From assembly GCA_964035545.1 (NCBI GenBank), contig OZ037768.1:17033875-17097874 (forward strand): 64,000 bases of DNA, in the 5' to 3' direction. Source of the stretch: Bugula neritina (taxonomy: Eukaryota > Animalia > Bryozoa). The notes under the pieces were generated by a model. It was given only the letters and a program-made list of their open reading frames with translations, was not told the origin of the DNA and did not search any database. Position numbers and translations under genes: made by a program. Positions 48,301-62,086 of this stretch are shown in pieces (positions within the stretch are counted from its first letter, which is position 1; each line of letters starts with the position of its first letter).

Positions 48301-51300
48301 TAATTACACCTGGCAGATGTGAGTATGGTTATTAGTAAAATCTTTTAGATGGGCGTGGCTCATATAACCTACCAGGAAAGTCTGCCAAAAAATAACTCTA
48401 GATGTAGACACACAAGAAAATCTTACTTAAACTCACAAAAACCTTGACTGGATTGAATTTCAATTTTATAAAAGTGAAATTGCTCACACTTTATCCAATC
48501 AAATACTGACATGCAACTTGAATTACAATAGATAAGATTTTGAGAAAGGCTACTGTAGCAGTATGAAAAATATAGTTTGGATATATGCCAATATTGTACT
48601 ATGAAGCGTACAACACAGTTGATGCATTAACATCCAGATGCAAGTATATTACTCAGTTACTGTGGGAGTAGATCAAACAGGAAATATGCCAAAACATAGT
48701 ATGTAGATTACTGCACATGTATGTGTATTCAAGGAGTTTTCTCCTCTTTGAACAGATATAACAATTATTAAGACTTTTGTAACATGGCCACCTACATAGT
48801 TGGCTAGCTTGGCTGCACAAAGCAATTACACAACATGGCTGAATTAAAGGTATTCAACATGCTATTTGAGTATTTTTATCTATTTTCTTTCCACTTCTGT
48901 TTCATTAACTTCCAGGATGCAAGCTATAAATAAGCTATTGATATAGAGTTCTAATCTCCAAGACATGATAGCTAGCACTTCATATTTTCAAGTATGAAGA
49001 TTTGTGTGTAGTACAGCCCTATATAGAACTTTTGTAACTGTGATAAGACAATACAACTCAACTAATACTAGTAGAGCTGAAACTGTCTTATCCTGCACTC
49101 GTTCTACAGCTTATCTATTATATATAGGAAAAACCGTTATACCAATTTCAATATGAGAAGATCCACTTTGTGCACTGCACCACATATGGAACTTTCAGAT
49201 AGAACACTTTATAATTTACCAGCTCTATTGATAACCAAAAGAATTTTTTAAATAGAATGACCTATATAACTAGGCAACAGAAAAATTACAACTAAAACTT
49301 TAATAGTTTTATTGCAAAATTTAAACTTCTACAACCATTAAAAGTAACTATTATTAACAGCATCACCAAATCATCGTAAAAAATTAAAAGTAAAAACAAC
49401 TTTTTTTCAAATCACCATGGAAATATTTTACAACACAATTTGTGATGAAAATGCAACTAGAAATTAATAATTTTTAAATATTTAAAGTTTTACTGAAACG
49501 AGTTCCTTGTACGGCTGCTTTACAACATATGGCCTTTAAAAATAATATAAGGCAGTTCCTCAGCTAAGATAGCTAGGGTTTTACTACTTAGTACTTATAG
49601 TCAACTTAACTGCTATGGCAGTCAATCAGTAATGTTAAGGAATATTGTTTCGCCTCATTACACCTTACTAGCTCTTTTACTAACTTTACATTACTCTGGT
49701 TACCCGGCAGCAAAATACTTCAGTTTAAAGATATTATACTATTATCATATATATAATAAGTAAATCTTTAGCCTGATTCAACAAAAACCGCTTTCCATCA
49801 GGGTTTCCGACAGGGATGGCGACTATAAACTTGCTTGAGTTTTCACTATATTATATAGACAGTAGACTAGCTTTATATACAGCACCGCTTAAAGGCAAGG
49901 GAGCAGCGTGGTGTAGGGGTTAGAGCAATGGCTTAGTAAACACAAAGTCATGGGTTAGATTCCCATTAAAAGCCATTGCTGATGCTAGGAAGAGCATCCA
50001 TGCTTCATAATTGCCTCATATGAACAAGTCCTCAGCCTACTTAAAAAATCTTTCCCATCTATAAACTTGCATGAGTTTTTTAAAAGGCAAACGTACAGAA
50101 ATTTCAAAAATAATTCTTTAAAGCTATTATGTTGCTTAAGTAACTAATCAGTCTGGACAACAAACATAATTTTTGCATTTAATCTAAATTGAAACATTAA
50201 CTTGGCGTGTCATCACAGAACTTTTAAATTATGTTTGATGCTAAAATATGTTTGCCAAGTCTTTAACTTTGCTGTAATATTAATTGTAGTTCTACAGCAA
50301 CGGCTTATTTATTTTCTGCCGTCTCCATTTGTAGCTTAATAGGAGGCCTGCAGCTCACTCTAAATCCAGACAGAATAGACAGAAGTCAACTGCGCTACAG
50401 CAGCGTCAATCTTAAAGAGGAAGATTCAGTGAGGAGCCAATTGTTACAAAAAAGTGTTAATTATCAGGCTATCAAGTCTTGACCCGTTATTTATGTTTCA
50501 CTGCTAAATGATGCAGTTGGCAGAGTGTTAATTAAAGTATGTAGAATCAGTCTACATCACTACCTCATAAAACTATCTAAGAGCCATGTAGAGAATAACA
50601 CACAAACATCACTAAACTGGAGAAAACTGCAAGTTGTTTCAACTAACCAACTTTACAGATGATGCCAAGATTCCGAATGAAATAGATGGGTTAAAAATGA
50701 CATTCTTTAAAATTATTTTATTAAATCAATTGTACTAACAACCGTTATTCATAATAAAGTGTGTAAAAAACAGATGAAGTATATTTTCTAAGATTATTAA
50801 ACATTTTTTTATTGCTAACATCTGTTGAATTATAAGATTGCCATCATCTAAGCTGCACCCCTCCTTAGCAAAGATTTAAATTAAGTCTAATTAAGCCATT
50901 TTTATTGCAGCTAGCAGCTACATTACTAAACAGCTTCTCCCACACAAAAATCTACAGCCTAGATAAAAGCTATTTACTGCGCAGATTAAAATTACAGCAA
51001 CACGAAAGATAAATTACTACAGCTAAAAGATACTAAGTATATGAATGTAGTTTTAATGAATAATTGCTGAGTTTGCTACAGATCTGTAGGAAGATTTGGT
51101 GAGATTAGTAGACTGTATGGCAAGAAGATTATATAGTATTATTAGATAAACTGGTTGAAAGTGGAGGTAGAAGAGCAAACTTAGTAGCAGAGGCTTGGTT
51201 GAGGCACAAACAGCACTATAAGCTTTTAGATAAAGCTGCCGGCGTGTCCAGAGAAATTTGAATTTACACCTTCACTAAACCTTGTCATTATAAGCTGCTG

Positions 51301-54300
51301 CAAGTCAGTTGCAATATCTAAAGAACTATGAGACATCAAGCTTTCATTAGGAAAAATAGATTTCTTGCAGCATATCTGCATTCCAATCCACTCAACAGCA
51401 TTTTAATTTATAGGTACAATTAGTAGGTATTTGCATAAGCCCAGTTCCAGTTCCACCATGAAGTAGCTTAAGGAATTGTTCACCAATACTGTTTAATATG
51501 CTAGTATATTCATATCATTACTCACTTAATCATAATTATACTACAGGTAAAACATATATACATACAATCATACATGCGGTGTCACCACCATGTTTCAGAA
51601 TATATTATATTTAATTAGTTTCAAAGTGTGCTGCTCACTCATTTAGGAGAAGATACAGAGAACATTCACCTAACCAACTCTTCTTTCAGTGTACGGATAT
51701 ATAACATATATTAACCAAAAGAGATGAAGTAAATTGATAGGTGAGCTGAAAAACGTGAAATAAAATTGATGCAAGTTTTCAGGAATATGATAATGAATGT
51801 TTCACACAGCACACTCTGTGAACACCACTAAGGACATATTAGCCAGAAATGACTGCAGAAGTTATATCTACATATAGCTTACGTGTAATGAAAGTGCTCA
51901 TAAGAATTAACTGCAGAAACAAGTGCTATAGGAAATAATCAGAGGGATTAAAAAAGAAAACTGAGCTAATTATGGTAGGCGAACATCAGTAAATGGGACA
52001 GAGTATGATTTATGGAAGACCAGGACTTAACACACTCTTCTTTAATACAACCATCTTATAAGGACAATATTTCATATTTTCCATCACTTAAAGTATTAAA
52101 GTGCCACAAAGTAAACTTGACACATCATTATCCGTAAGCAGATTGAAGCTGTACAGCCACCGCCTGCATCCTGACTCCAACTTTATTGGAGAATAAAAAA
52201 TAGAAAGGCTGAATGTCATAAAACAAGGCAAACAGAATAACTTAGATTTTAGCCATGATACTTCTTTCTATATAATGGCAGTTTTATTACAAATTTAAAG
52301 TTTGAAAATGATAAAAATTCACTGATAACAGAAAAATACTTTTCATATTATTAAAAAGGATAATCTTTCTATCAGAAGACTTAATAAATACATAAAATAG
52401 GATAATGATAGTGATTTGCAGTAGTTTAAGTTTACCAGACAGGATTTTGATGACCCGGTTACCAAGGTGTTTAATCTTAAAAGAAATTTTAACGTCTCCC
52501 GGGATTATTAAGTTAGAAGTATTTCTATTTGAAGTTGCTTAAAACTAATTTGCAGCTGTTATCACATTATTTGCTTTGAAAAAATTAAGCTTTAGCTGCA
52601 GATTTTCACAACATAATATTTTAATGGTCAGTAAATTCTAGTACTTCGCAAGTTGTTGGGGAGAATGAGTGGCCTGTCCCCCCCCCATCTCAATATATCT
52701 ATAGCCTTATATTTTTATATGCTGTACAAATCGTGAAATAAAATTGCAATTATAAGGGTTCAAAACAGATTTCAACTGCCAAGTGTGCAACTAAAGGCAA
52801 ACTTTTGCAGCAATCAATGCTCTTCTGATGTAGAAAAGGGAAATTAAGAAAATAAACTGAAGCCCATTTTGTTGTTAAGCAGTTAGCAATCTGGTGAAGA
52901 CAGAGTAGATGTTAGCTTAGACTGGCGGTATTAAAATTATTCCACAGTTGAAAGTTAGGTACAGAGCTGGGAATGTTTCTGAGGAATACTACTTTTAGTA
53001 TATGCTTGTAACATATAAGATATGCAGCACTGGAACAACTAAAATGGCTCAAAATCTCGACATCGTACTAAAAGTTATAAGCTCAGTCATACTCAATTCT
53101 CTTCAGTTGTTTTGTAGATTTGTTTAGAAAAGTATCAATTGAATCAGAGAAATAATCTGCATTCAACAAGTATATGATTTTCACTGAATCCATTTATCTT
53201 AATAACAGTAAATGAGACAAAACCATTATTAGATGAATTATTCTTTTGATTAAATAAAATAGCTGAAGAAAATGGAATGTACTAAAAAGTAAAAACAAAA
53301 TTATTATTTACAATAATAATGTTAGCAGTTGAGCTTTGAAAGTTTATTAACAGTAAACCAATCATATTAGAGATGTGATTGAGACCAGTATTTCACCATT
53401 AGCTATAACCCCTAAGCTTGTATAACTACTAGAGTAGTCTGAGTAACAGTCAGCAACTACAGGTTGATGAAAGGCATTGTGGGTAAATGCAGCTGCCGGT
53501 TTAATTTTTAGAGTAGTAGTTGATATGGATTAATTACTGGCTGGCTGGTTCCCATGACTCGAATGAGTCAGTAAAGGATGTCCATATTTGCAGAAGCTCC
53601 GAAGTAGGAACAACATTAACTCTCAAAATATTACTTGCAACTTAGTGGCCAAAATAGGCTGATTTTATATTCATGTTGGGCTCAAAACATACTTTACAGA
53701 CTTCCCAGTCAAGAATAGCACGAGGACAGTGCAGGGGTTGATGGTGTTGATGAAGACAGCAATGCATCCTCAAGACAGAGTGGATTAGCCTAACCAACTG
53801 ATTCTACCCATCAACTGTGATAAGAAATGGCTTAAGGCAACCTCAAGATCTAAAACCTTCTAGTTTAAACAACCCAAACACTTTAACCTTAGACAGGTGA
53901 AATGGGTTCCAAACCATAATCCTGATGAATAACTAGCTATAACTATGATTACTGCTGCTTAAGCCTCACTGACATTTTTTAATAAACATGTGAGAATTAA
54001 TCCGAATGAACGCTAGGCAAAGCTGATACTGCATGGTATCCACCCTCATTATGGTAATCTCTAAAGTTTAACCAGTTTACCAGATTATAATAACCATTTC
54101 AGCATTCGCAGACAAACTCTTATTTCTTTTATCCCACAACATTTAAATACAATGCATTCAAACAGTCTTTATGAATAATAGCACCGGTGCAGGAAAAAAC
54201 ATATTTTTTCATACTCCGTCTGCGAACATGGTGCCACACAGGGCTGGTGCTGCGCAGGTGCCTGCAATCTGTGCTGAAGTGTGATAAAAACATGCATTTT

Positions 54301-55203
54301 ATTGCTTTTTCATGCCCAAATGACTCTAACTATTTATAAACTAGGTTTGACCATTACATAACCTTTACTAGCCAAAATAAGCTGGCGAGATTTCTGTATC
54401 AGAGACCTGTAGCAAGGTATCTTATGAGCAAAATATTATTAAAACCAAATGCCTCAATCAAACCATGATTTCGGCATTAAAACGAGCCCGTTTTAAAAGC
54501 ACCAATACTGAAAGCATGTAACAAAAATAGCTATAACTTTATGAAGTATTCACCACTCTGCTTGTGCTTGTAGCATCAAATCAAGAACTCATGTAGCTGT
54601 TCAACCTTCTCAATTTTAACAACACAACTGCCAAGTTATGGTACAATTTAATATAAACAGATTATATGTTAATCTGTAGATACCTCACTTCCAGGTTATT
54701 GAGTGACTTTCTCACATTTGACAATTTATTGGATAAATTCAATTTAACAACAAATAATGTTTTCAAGGGGCACACCATGTTATAGAGCTATAATTATTTT
54801 GCCCCTAAAATTTTCATGACTACATTAGCATTTGTTTTAGAACAACAAATGTTTTGTAGAGATTTGCACTAAGCAGTAAAGAGCTAAGCTTTTTAGGAAT
54901 AAAAACGATTAAGCAAAAAGTTTACTTTTACCACTATGGTAACTAGCATCTTAGTTAGCTGCTATGGTAACAAAAAGGCATTGCTAAAAAACCAATACAG
55001 CCAAAACTAACTCCAGTAATCACGATGATTAAACTCTCCCCCCCCCCCTTGAGTATAACAACCAGGTTAATAATTTTATTGATTATAGAAGAACTTCTAC
55101 CTCTTCTTCTTTGACCAGTTAAAAGCAGTTTTCTTAGACTTCCAGGATCAGTGGCTGGTAAAGTTAAAGTGTCATGAATCATTGGTCTAGTAGGGGTCCA
55201 AAC
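45392..55203 (-). CDS. Unidentified basic protein gene convergent with collagen B (5' end uncertain)
   Basis: Phase-consistent exons 55203-55101 (VWTPTRPMIHDTLTLPATDPGSLRKLLLTGQRRR), 46522-46359 (ETAAMRQVWRAKR..NEI), 46230-46140 (KKDHGGCSD..PLS), 45936-45771 (AQSCKQLPKYY..WWNEIQ) and 45593-45392 (KKPVDRIAY..YQRCWID*). The four 3' exons are well supported; the 55.1 kb exon less so. A possible further exon lies at 61455-61405. Confidence 0.68.
46717..46935 (-). mobile_element. Full-length tRNA-derived SINE
   Basis: On the minus strand: A box TGGTCTAGGGG, B box GGTTCGAACCC, core GGTGATGTTAGGAAGAGCATCCAG and a T-run at the 3' end. Imperfect 15-bp TSD gtgtttagtcagtat (46702) / gtgcttagtcattat (46936). 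Related copies occur elsewhere in the window. Confidence 0.8.
47491..48170. repeat. Minisatellite with a 31-33 nt unit, about 21 copies
   Basis: Unit TATACATGACCCTCTGTGTTAGAGG(G/AAT)ATATA(C/T)TA. Confidence 0.95.
49766..49843 (+). mobile_element. 3' fragment of the same SINE
   Basis: tagcctgat..ctttccatcagggtttcc.acagggat.g.gactataaacttgc.tgagtttt matches the 3' end of the 46717-46935 copy. Confidence 0.7.
49899..50081 (+). mobile_element. SINE copy with internal deletion
   Basis: gggagcagcgtggtgtaggggttagag..agtaaacacaaagtcatgggtt..gatgctaggaagagcatcca..ctataaacttgcatgagttttt. Confidence 0.75.
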
Positions 55204-56368
55204 CTAAATATAGAAAGATTTACATATGGTTTCACAAGTTGACAATGGTAAGCTGTTTTAAATTATATTATCACAAACTCCTCATGTCTACCAGAAAACA
55301 TAAATACAATTTCATTTCCTAGGCATAGCTTAGGGAAATGAAGTATCATTATTGATAGTTGTTCACCGCAAATTAAATTAGAAAAATATAATAATACCAA
55401 TAATTTATAGCAGTATCTGTAAAGAAAAACTGACATGAGCAATCCCTCTTTCTCTTAATCATGTTACTTAATTGAATGGAGAAAATATTTTCAAGATTAA
55501 ATTTGCATAAATGAGATTGGCACACTCTAACGACACAATTGAAGTGGTTTTGAGGAGAATTCCTAATTAAACTAAACATGTTACTCAGCATGAATAATTG
55601 ATCAAAGAAACCAGGACGAAAGTGTGCTTAAACAACCTACATAACGTAGGTGTACAAGTAACAAAGTAGGTCTAATGGGGCATGGTAAATTTATTATTTT
55701 TTACTATACAACATATTGCAAAAAAATGTCTAGTTTTTGAAACAAATAATTGGTAATTGTTAATACTGGAAATACATTGCAGTTTTCAGGTAGAGAATGC
55801 AAGAAGAATCATAGCTGTATAAAGGATCCATTACCTCTGCATGTGGGATTGCTGCTGTAGACACCCTGTGATTCAGGGGGGCTACATTCATTACACTCAT
55901 CGCATTAATTTAATGTCTTCTACAAAAGTAAAAAAAGAGGGCAATGATTGTGCAAGTATAATTTGCATAGATTTCGAAAGAGATGACATGGGTCAACCTT
56001 TACAGGGTATGTTTACGGACTATGGCCTGCAGAACTCAATTTTCTCAAGAACTTAAATTAACATAAAATTTAAATAGTTAAGGAGGTAGGCAAATTCAGT
56101 AACGGTACAATTTGGCAGCTTCAATCGGCAGAATTGAGTGCATCCAACTTTTGATAATCACGGTGCTTCATAAGTTACCCCTACAACTATCTTAACATAA
56201 TAATCTAGTGATTTCTTTAGCGCCGTTTTCTAATGAAGTTGATTTTCTTAATAAACATTTTGACAGAGTGGATTGTTACCATATGACTAAGTTGGAAGAA
56301 AGTGGCTAGGAATTCTTAGTTCTTCTTACAAGAAAGTTTACATTATCTGCATAGACTACAGCATCCAG

Positions 56369-56731
56369 TATATGGGTGATTTTACTTAATTTAGTGCACA
56401 CTATTATCTCTAGCTTTTAGCTATTTTTCAAAGTTTAGCAGCTAATGTATATATAGTTTGTTGCATTAAACCCATAGAATATCGACAAATACAACTGAAT
56501 AAAAAGGCTTTTTCTAATTTTGCTTGGTTTTCTAGGTTTTGTACAAACTTTTTAGTAAGTTTAGGTGTGCGGACCTGACGGCGATTGAAAAACCATCACA
56601 GTGGCACACAAATATATTAAACATCAGTTTAATACAAGAAACTACATACATTAGCTGCTAAACTGCTAAAAATAGCTAAAAACTAGAGACATATTATAGT
56701 GTGTACTAAATTAAGTAAAATCACCCATATA
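56369..56731. mobile_element. MITE with inverted repeats of about 90 nt
   Basis: TATATGGGTGATTTTACTTAATTTAGTGCACACTA..TTTAGCAGCTAATGTAT versus ATACATTAGCTGCTAAA..TAGTGTGTACTAAATTAAGTAAAATCACCCATATA; no coding capacity. Confidence 0.85.
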
Positions 56732-59700
56732 TGAAATACCAACTTATTCTAAACTAGGTTGCATAAATAGTGGTTCAACCAAGCCCACAAATGTATTTGA
56801 TATTTTCATTTTTGGCAGAGTAAGTTGCGGTTTTAGGACATGTATATTTATATTCTTTCACATTAAGTTCTGGCTTTTCCTGCTACAACTATGCTACAAA
56901 TTTACACAAACCAAACCTTAGCCAGCTCACATCCTACTTATGTAAACCCATTTATCAATTGCAAGACTTATATTCAATTATCAAACTCCACAAGAAGGAT
57001 CTCAGCCAAACTTTTCTACTATCTTCCAACAAAACTTAATTGGGCGTAAAATATTAAAAGCATATTTTGGAAGATTAAAAAGACGCTTAATAATAGACGT
57101 TTGAGCTTCAAATCAAGATTTATTTACCTGTATTCTCCAATATTACAGCCATTAGACTATTTCCAATTAAATAGAAACTTGAGTTAACATAGCTCGATAT
57201 GAAATGGGTAGCTAATGGTTACATCACAAGAAACTAACTGTGCGGGTTATTGAAATGCTGAAGAAGTTGAAAGTGGTTTAGAGATGCATTGTAACCAAGC
57301 AGTATGTAACATTGATTCATTTCTATACAACCCCATTCAGCTAGTCTAAAAAATATTGATTAGTGAATTGAAGAGCAATTTCAAGAAAGCATTGTTTAAG
57401 TGTAACCTATTCACTCGTATTTACATTAACATTGCATTTCAATTGTAGGTGGGTAAGCATAGTATTATAATGTATCTGCACCAGTTAATGTGTAGTACTT
57501 TACTTTGTTTATTTCATACTGTTTTAAGCTGAGGTTCACACGAAATAATAAAATATTATATAAAATTGAATATAATATTATACTGATATAATATTAGTTT
57601 ATTCATTAAATGCATTAAATGTAGGGGAAATCATCTATGGTTAGTTAATAGCCATGGTATTATTCTTTATATTGTTTAATAGATGTCATTTCAATTTTAA
57701 TTTGCAAATGCATTCCAGCTTCTTCATATGTAGCTAGAATCTGCACACAATCCCATGAATATAAGCAAAAAATCTTATGAGAACTTGAGTGTTTTCATCA
57801 ATACAATAAAATGGGCAACTTGCACAAGAGCTGCTTATCCTAAGGACAATATGTTGTAACAATTGAAAAGTTAGTGACAATAATTTAAAGTGCTTCCAGT
57901 TTCGATTGACATCTCAAATGACGAATGCTAAACAACATAGCAGTTAGTATATATAAACCCGTATTAACTACAAAATTCCAGCAAAAAATTAACCCTTCAA
58001 TTAATTTATCTTAAAGCCCACACAGTTTAATGTCACGGATACGTAAATGCCACTTATACTGGCAAGCACATGCATTACGTATTCGCAAAGAATTGTAAGA
58101 TGGCTAACTTCAGTTGCGTAGTTGGCCTGGCCAAGAAGAAGTATTTAATTCAACACATTAAACTAAATTAGGGTGCCAGCAACCTTCATCTCAACATGAA
58201 TAAATCACTTGAAACCCAAAGGTGATTGTAATATCAAAAAGAGTTAAATAGCCCTTAGTAGTATATTGGTCTTGCAGCTAATTACAGATAAAAGTGTATG
58301 ATTAACAGGGTGTAACAACATAAAGAAGTTATCAAACAAGAAGACCTGATTTCATACCAATTAGTTCTAAAAAAACATTAAGTAAATTATAATAAGTGTC
58401 ATATATAGACACATTAGGAGATAAAACATGGTACTTCAAATAAACATTGCTGGGTGAAAAATTCAATAAAACCAATAATCATGTTATAATGTGAGATAAG
58501 CAGCAGCAAAGAGCGGCCATATGGTAAACCACAGAAGTGAAAACAACCCTCTGTAAACTTAAACTTATAAAAAACATCTTTACTTATAAAAAGTATGTTT
58601 AGCTTTTCGATGCAACAACCGATACTATTATAACATATTGTGAGAAAGCATAAGGGCAGAACGGCAGTAGGGAGTGGTCTAAGTAGCTACTCCAACTTAA
58701 ACAGGTGTGTAGTTTCTCGAAATGTTGCCTAATCACTTCAGGTTCCAACTAGAAACCTTCAGTTCAGCTCTTTTAGCAAAGAAAAATAGACATTATTTCT
58801 TATTAGTTAAAAATAGCTTGCTGGAACAGTATAACCCATAAATGAGGGCTATGAACTTATTACCATCAAAATAATGTGCCATTTCAGCACCTTATTTTCT
58901 AAAAACATTGAGGTGAGGACATGAAAACAACTTGAGGCTCTTACGAATCATCAACCAAGTATGTGGGTGGGCCTAGATGACACCAATCCTCTTCCAGGCT
59001 GTTTAGAAATGCATTGTGGGTTGTAAACAGTGCATGCAGACAGGAGACCAAATCATATTTTCTAGTATTAATAGTGTTGATTAGTCATCATTCGGCATAA
59101 ACCTGGTATCCTATGAAATTATAAATGGGCATTTTTGCCAAATAACAGACCTTGGAGGAAAAAAGATTAGCCGCAATAATTGCATTCCTTTAATTTAAGA
59201 ACAAAACATGACCGTGGAAGTGTTTTGCAACTAATAAATAAAACGTTTGGAGCTGGCTAACGTAAGCAGTATTCTGGATCGACTGATAAAAACATTTTCT
59301 CTCTTTAAAAAATATCCCATCAGGTTAAAATTAGATTGTTACATTAAGCATCGGAAGCCTTGCATCATCTAAGTTATGTAGACTTGAGAGTCTTGGGCTC
59401 AAGTCAGGACAATTTTAACGGCATGTAAATCTTCTAAGTAACCATAAAAATACAAGATTAATTTTGATTGTGGTTACATAAAGCAATCAGTAGTTTAGGT
59501 GGCAAGCATTGCTCCTACTTTGGTGCTGCAAAGCCTATTAAATGTAAAAAATAAATATTTAAAAGCAAGACACGCCCTTAAGCCACCAACTCTTAAAGAC
59601 AATCACCCCTTGCTGGGGTAAAATTTTAGATACAAACTATGAAAATACAAGTTAACATAGCAAAAAATAAGGACTATTATTACATATTTGACTTTTAATA

Positions 59701-62086
59701 TTATTAATTACAATTTCATTAGCTCAAAATTCCAAAAAAATATTAATTGACTCTACTTTATGATTAAATGAGTTCAGAGAAAGTTCCAGTAAAATCCGAT
59801 GCCAACATAAGATTAGATGACACTGCATCATAATATATGTCAGGGGAACATTGTAGAGTATGATTTTTATTTTAAATTAATAACTTTATTTTCTGTCAGC
59901 ATAATTATAAATCTTTCTATTGAATGCTCTGTAAATCACTAAACGCCGTATTTTTATCTATAGGAGTTGTACACAGTTTTATCTGATGAGGTCGAATCAT
60001 ATTGTGGCTCCAGTAGAGTCATAACTTGGCTATTAACATCATATGAAATACTCAAAAATAGTAAAAATTTATGATAACATGCCTGTTAGACTCCCTGCTA
60101 TGAAAATGTAACAATGCATGGCATCTTTTATTTTGATGAAAGACTTTACCAAAGGCAATGATGCAAGCAATGAGATTCAGACAACTCGATATTTAACATA
60201 GCAATTCACTAAACCTTAAACATGTCATCTACTTTTTAAAAAGTTAATCAAGAATAGTATGCAATATCTTCATCAATAATCTCCACGATGAAGGGCTATA
60301 TTATATGCTTTCTTAATATCTACTCCAGTTGCTATGCAAGTGGCAAATATCAATGTGGATCATCGTATCACTAATGGAACTTTCACAAAATATGTTAACT
60401 ACTTTGAAAACATCATGACCCATAAAACTGGGCTAGGTGTAACATGAAAGAAGAAATCATTATAAAAAATTACATTTTTACAGTAAAAGGTGCCAGCCTA
60501 GGCAACAAATAAGTATTTTGATGAGAAAAGTTTTTAATATAAATTAAATTATGATTTTGCTTGTAGATAGGAGACTTTTTATGAAACAAATATTGGGGTA
60601 GTTTGAATCCATTACCAGATGCATTTTCAAATGTATTCATTCTATACAACTGCTTTAAGAAGATGTGGGAAAATAACTCCAAAGCTTCTACATAATCAGG
60701 GTTGCCAAGCATTTCATGTTATAGACTCAATTGAATATTTTGGAATGATAACTTCAACTTAATGCATAATAAATGTATGGCAGTCGTAATTCTACAAATT
60801 AGGTAGCTTAAATTTATATGAAATCTATCAAGAGGCAAAGAAATTCGTAACTAGCAAAAGCAAAATTAATCGAAAATTACCTACAAACTAAATGATATGA
60901 CGCCAAAAGATAATTTCCCAACCTAATAGGTATCAAAGTTCTTGAATTTCTCATAGACTGTGGTGGGGAAATAGCATGTTGCATAATTGAAGCAGCTTAG
61001 TTGTTGAAAAAGACCAGTAATCATTGATGTCAAAGAAAGGAGAAATCAGTTAGCCTTGACTCTGAATCTATTTCTAAACACCTTTACATTGGAACATGAG
61101 GCAAGACTCAAGCATTAGAAATATTCGAAAGCAGATTTGTGGAAGCGTGACAGATGATCATTATGTTCATATAACAGAAAACATAAAAGTTTAAGACTTG
61201 TGTACCCTTTGAACCATATTTGAATAATTACACAACTCCAAAGTGTTTGAAACTTCAAGCAAGTCAAATAGGTGATGCAGCAGCCATAAAACATAAAAAA
61301 TCTTTTTAATATTCAAACAGCATGTTTTTCCAAATTAATTAGAAGAAATCATATAAGTATGCATTTATTTATTCAAAATAACAAAAAATAAGATGTTTAC
61401 TTACTCGTAGCATTGTGAAAGGGCAGGACAATAAAACCTTCAACTTCCGTTGACACTAAAATTCATAACAATTAGCTATAGTTTACGTTTTAGCTCACAC
61501 CAAATTCATGAGAATGTTATTAGGGCATTTATCTACAGATATGCTGAAGCCTAAATAATTTAGAGCTCAATTAAAGGCATTGCAAAATTAGCATCTAACA
61601 AAAGCACACCATGGGACCTGAACAGGACCAGACAAATTTAATGGTATGCTAGATGGATACTATCGGTCATAGTCATATTTTATTGTGTTGCTAATCAATT
61701 TACATTGCCTCATAGGCTTGGAAATCCTGATATAAAATAATTTACAGGAAAAAAAGAAATCACAATGTGGCACCAATTCTATGGTTTAATGACATATATA
61801 TAGTTTCAACCTACACATCTTACAAGGAAGCATTAGACAAGACAATTCTTATAGTGAAACGTGACTAGTCATAAGTTTATTGAATGAAAGGTAATCCGAC
61901 TACAGTCATAGAAATGTTAAAAATAAGCCCATAAAATGGATATTACAAAATTACAAAAAATGATTAAATGACACTACAGGACACGGGAAAGCAGAAAAAA
62001 TGAAGGAATTAAGACTTTAGGTTCCTGACTAAGATAATGTCAAGTTTATATATCATGTTGGCCACTTGAACTACAATAATATACTC

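Noticed and set aside
56910-57030. LYSIIKLHKK, reminiscent of a Penelope-like RT motif
   Set aside because: A single degenerate motif with no further support.
60250-60450. Minus-strand IFATCIATGVDIKK, reminiscent of a RecQ-type helicase motif from a transposon
   Set aside because: Too short and frameshifted to support without a profile search.
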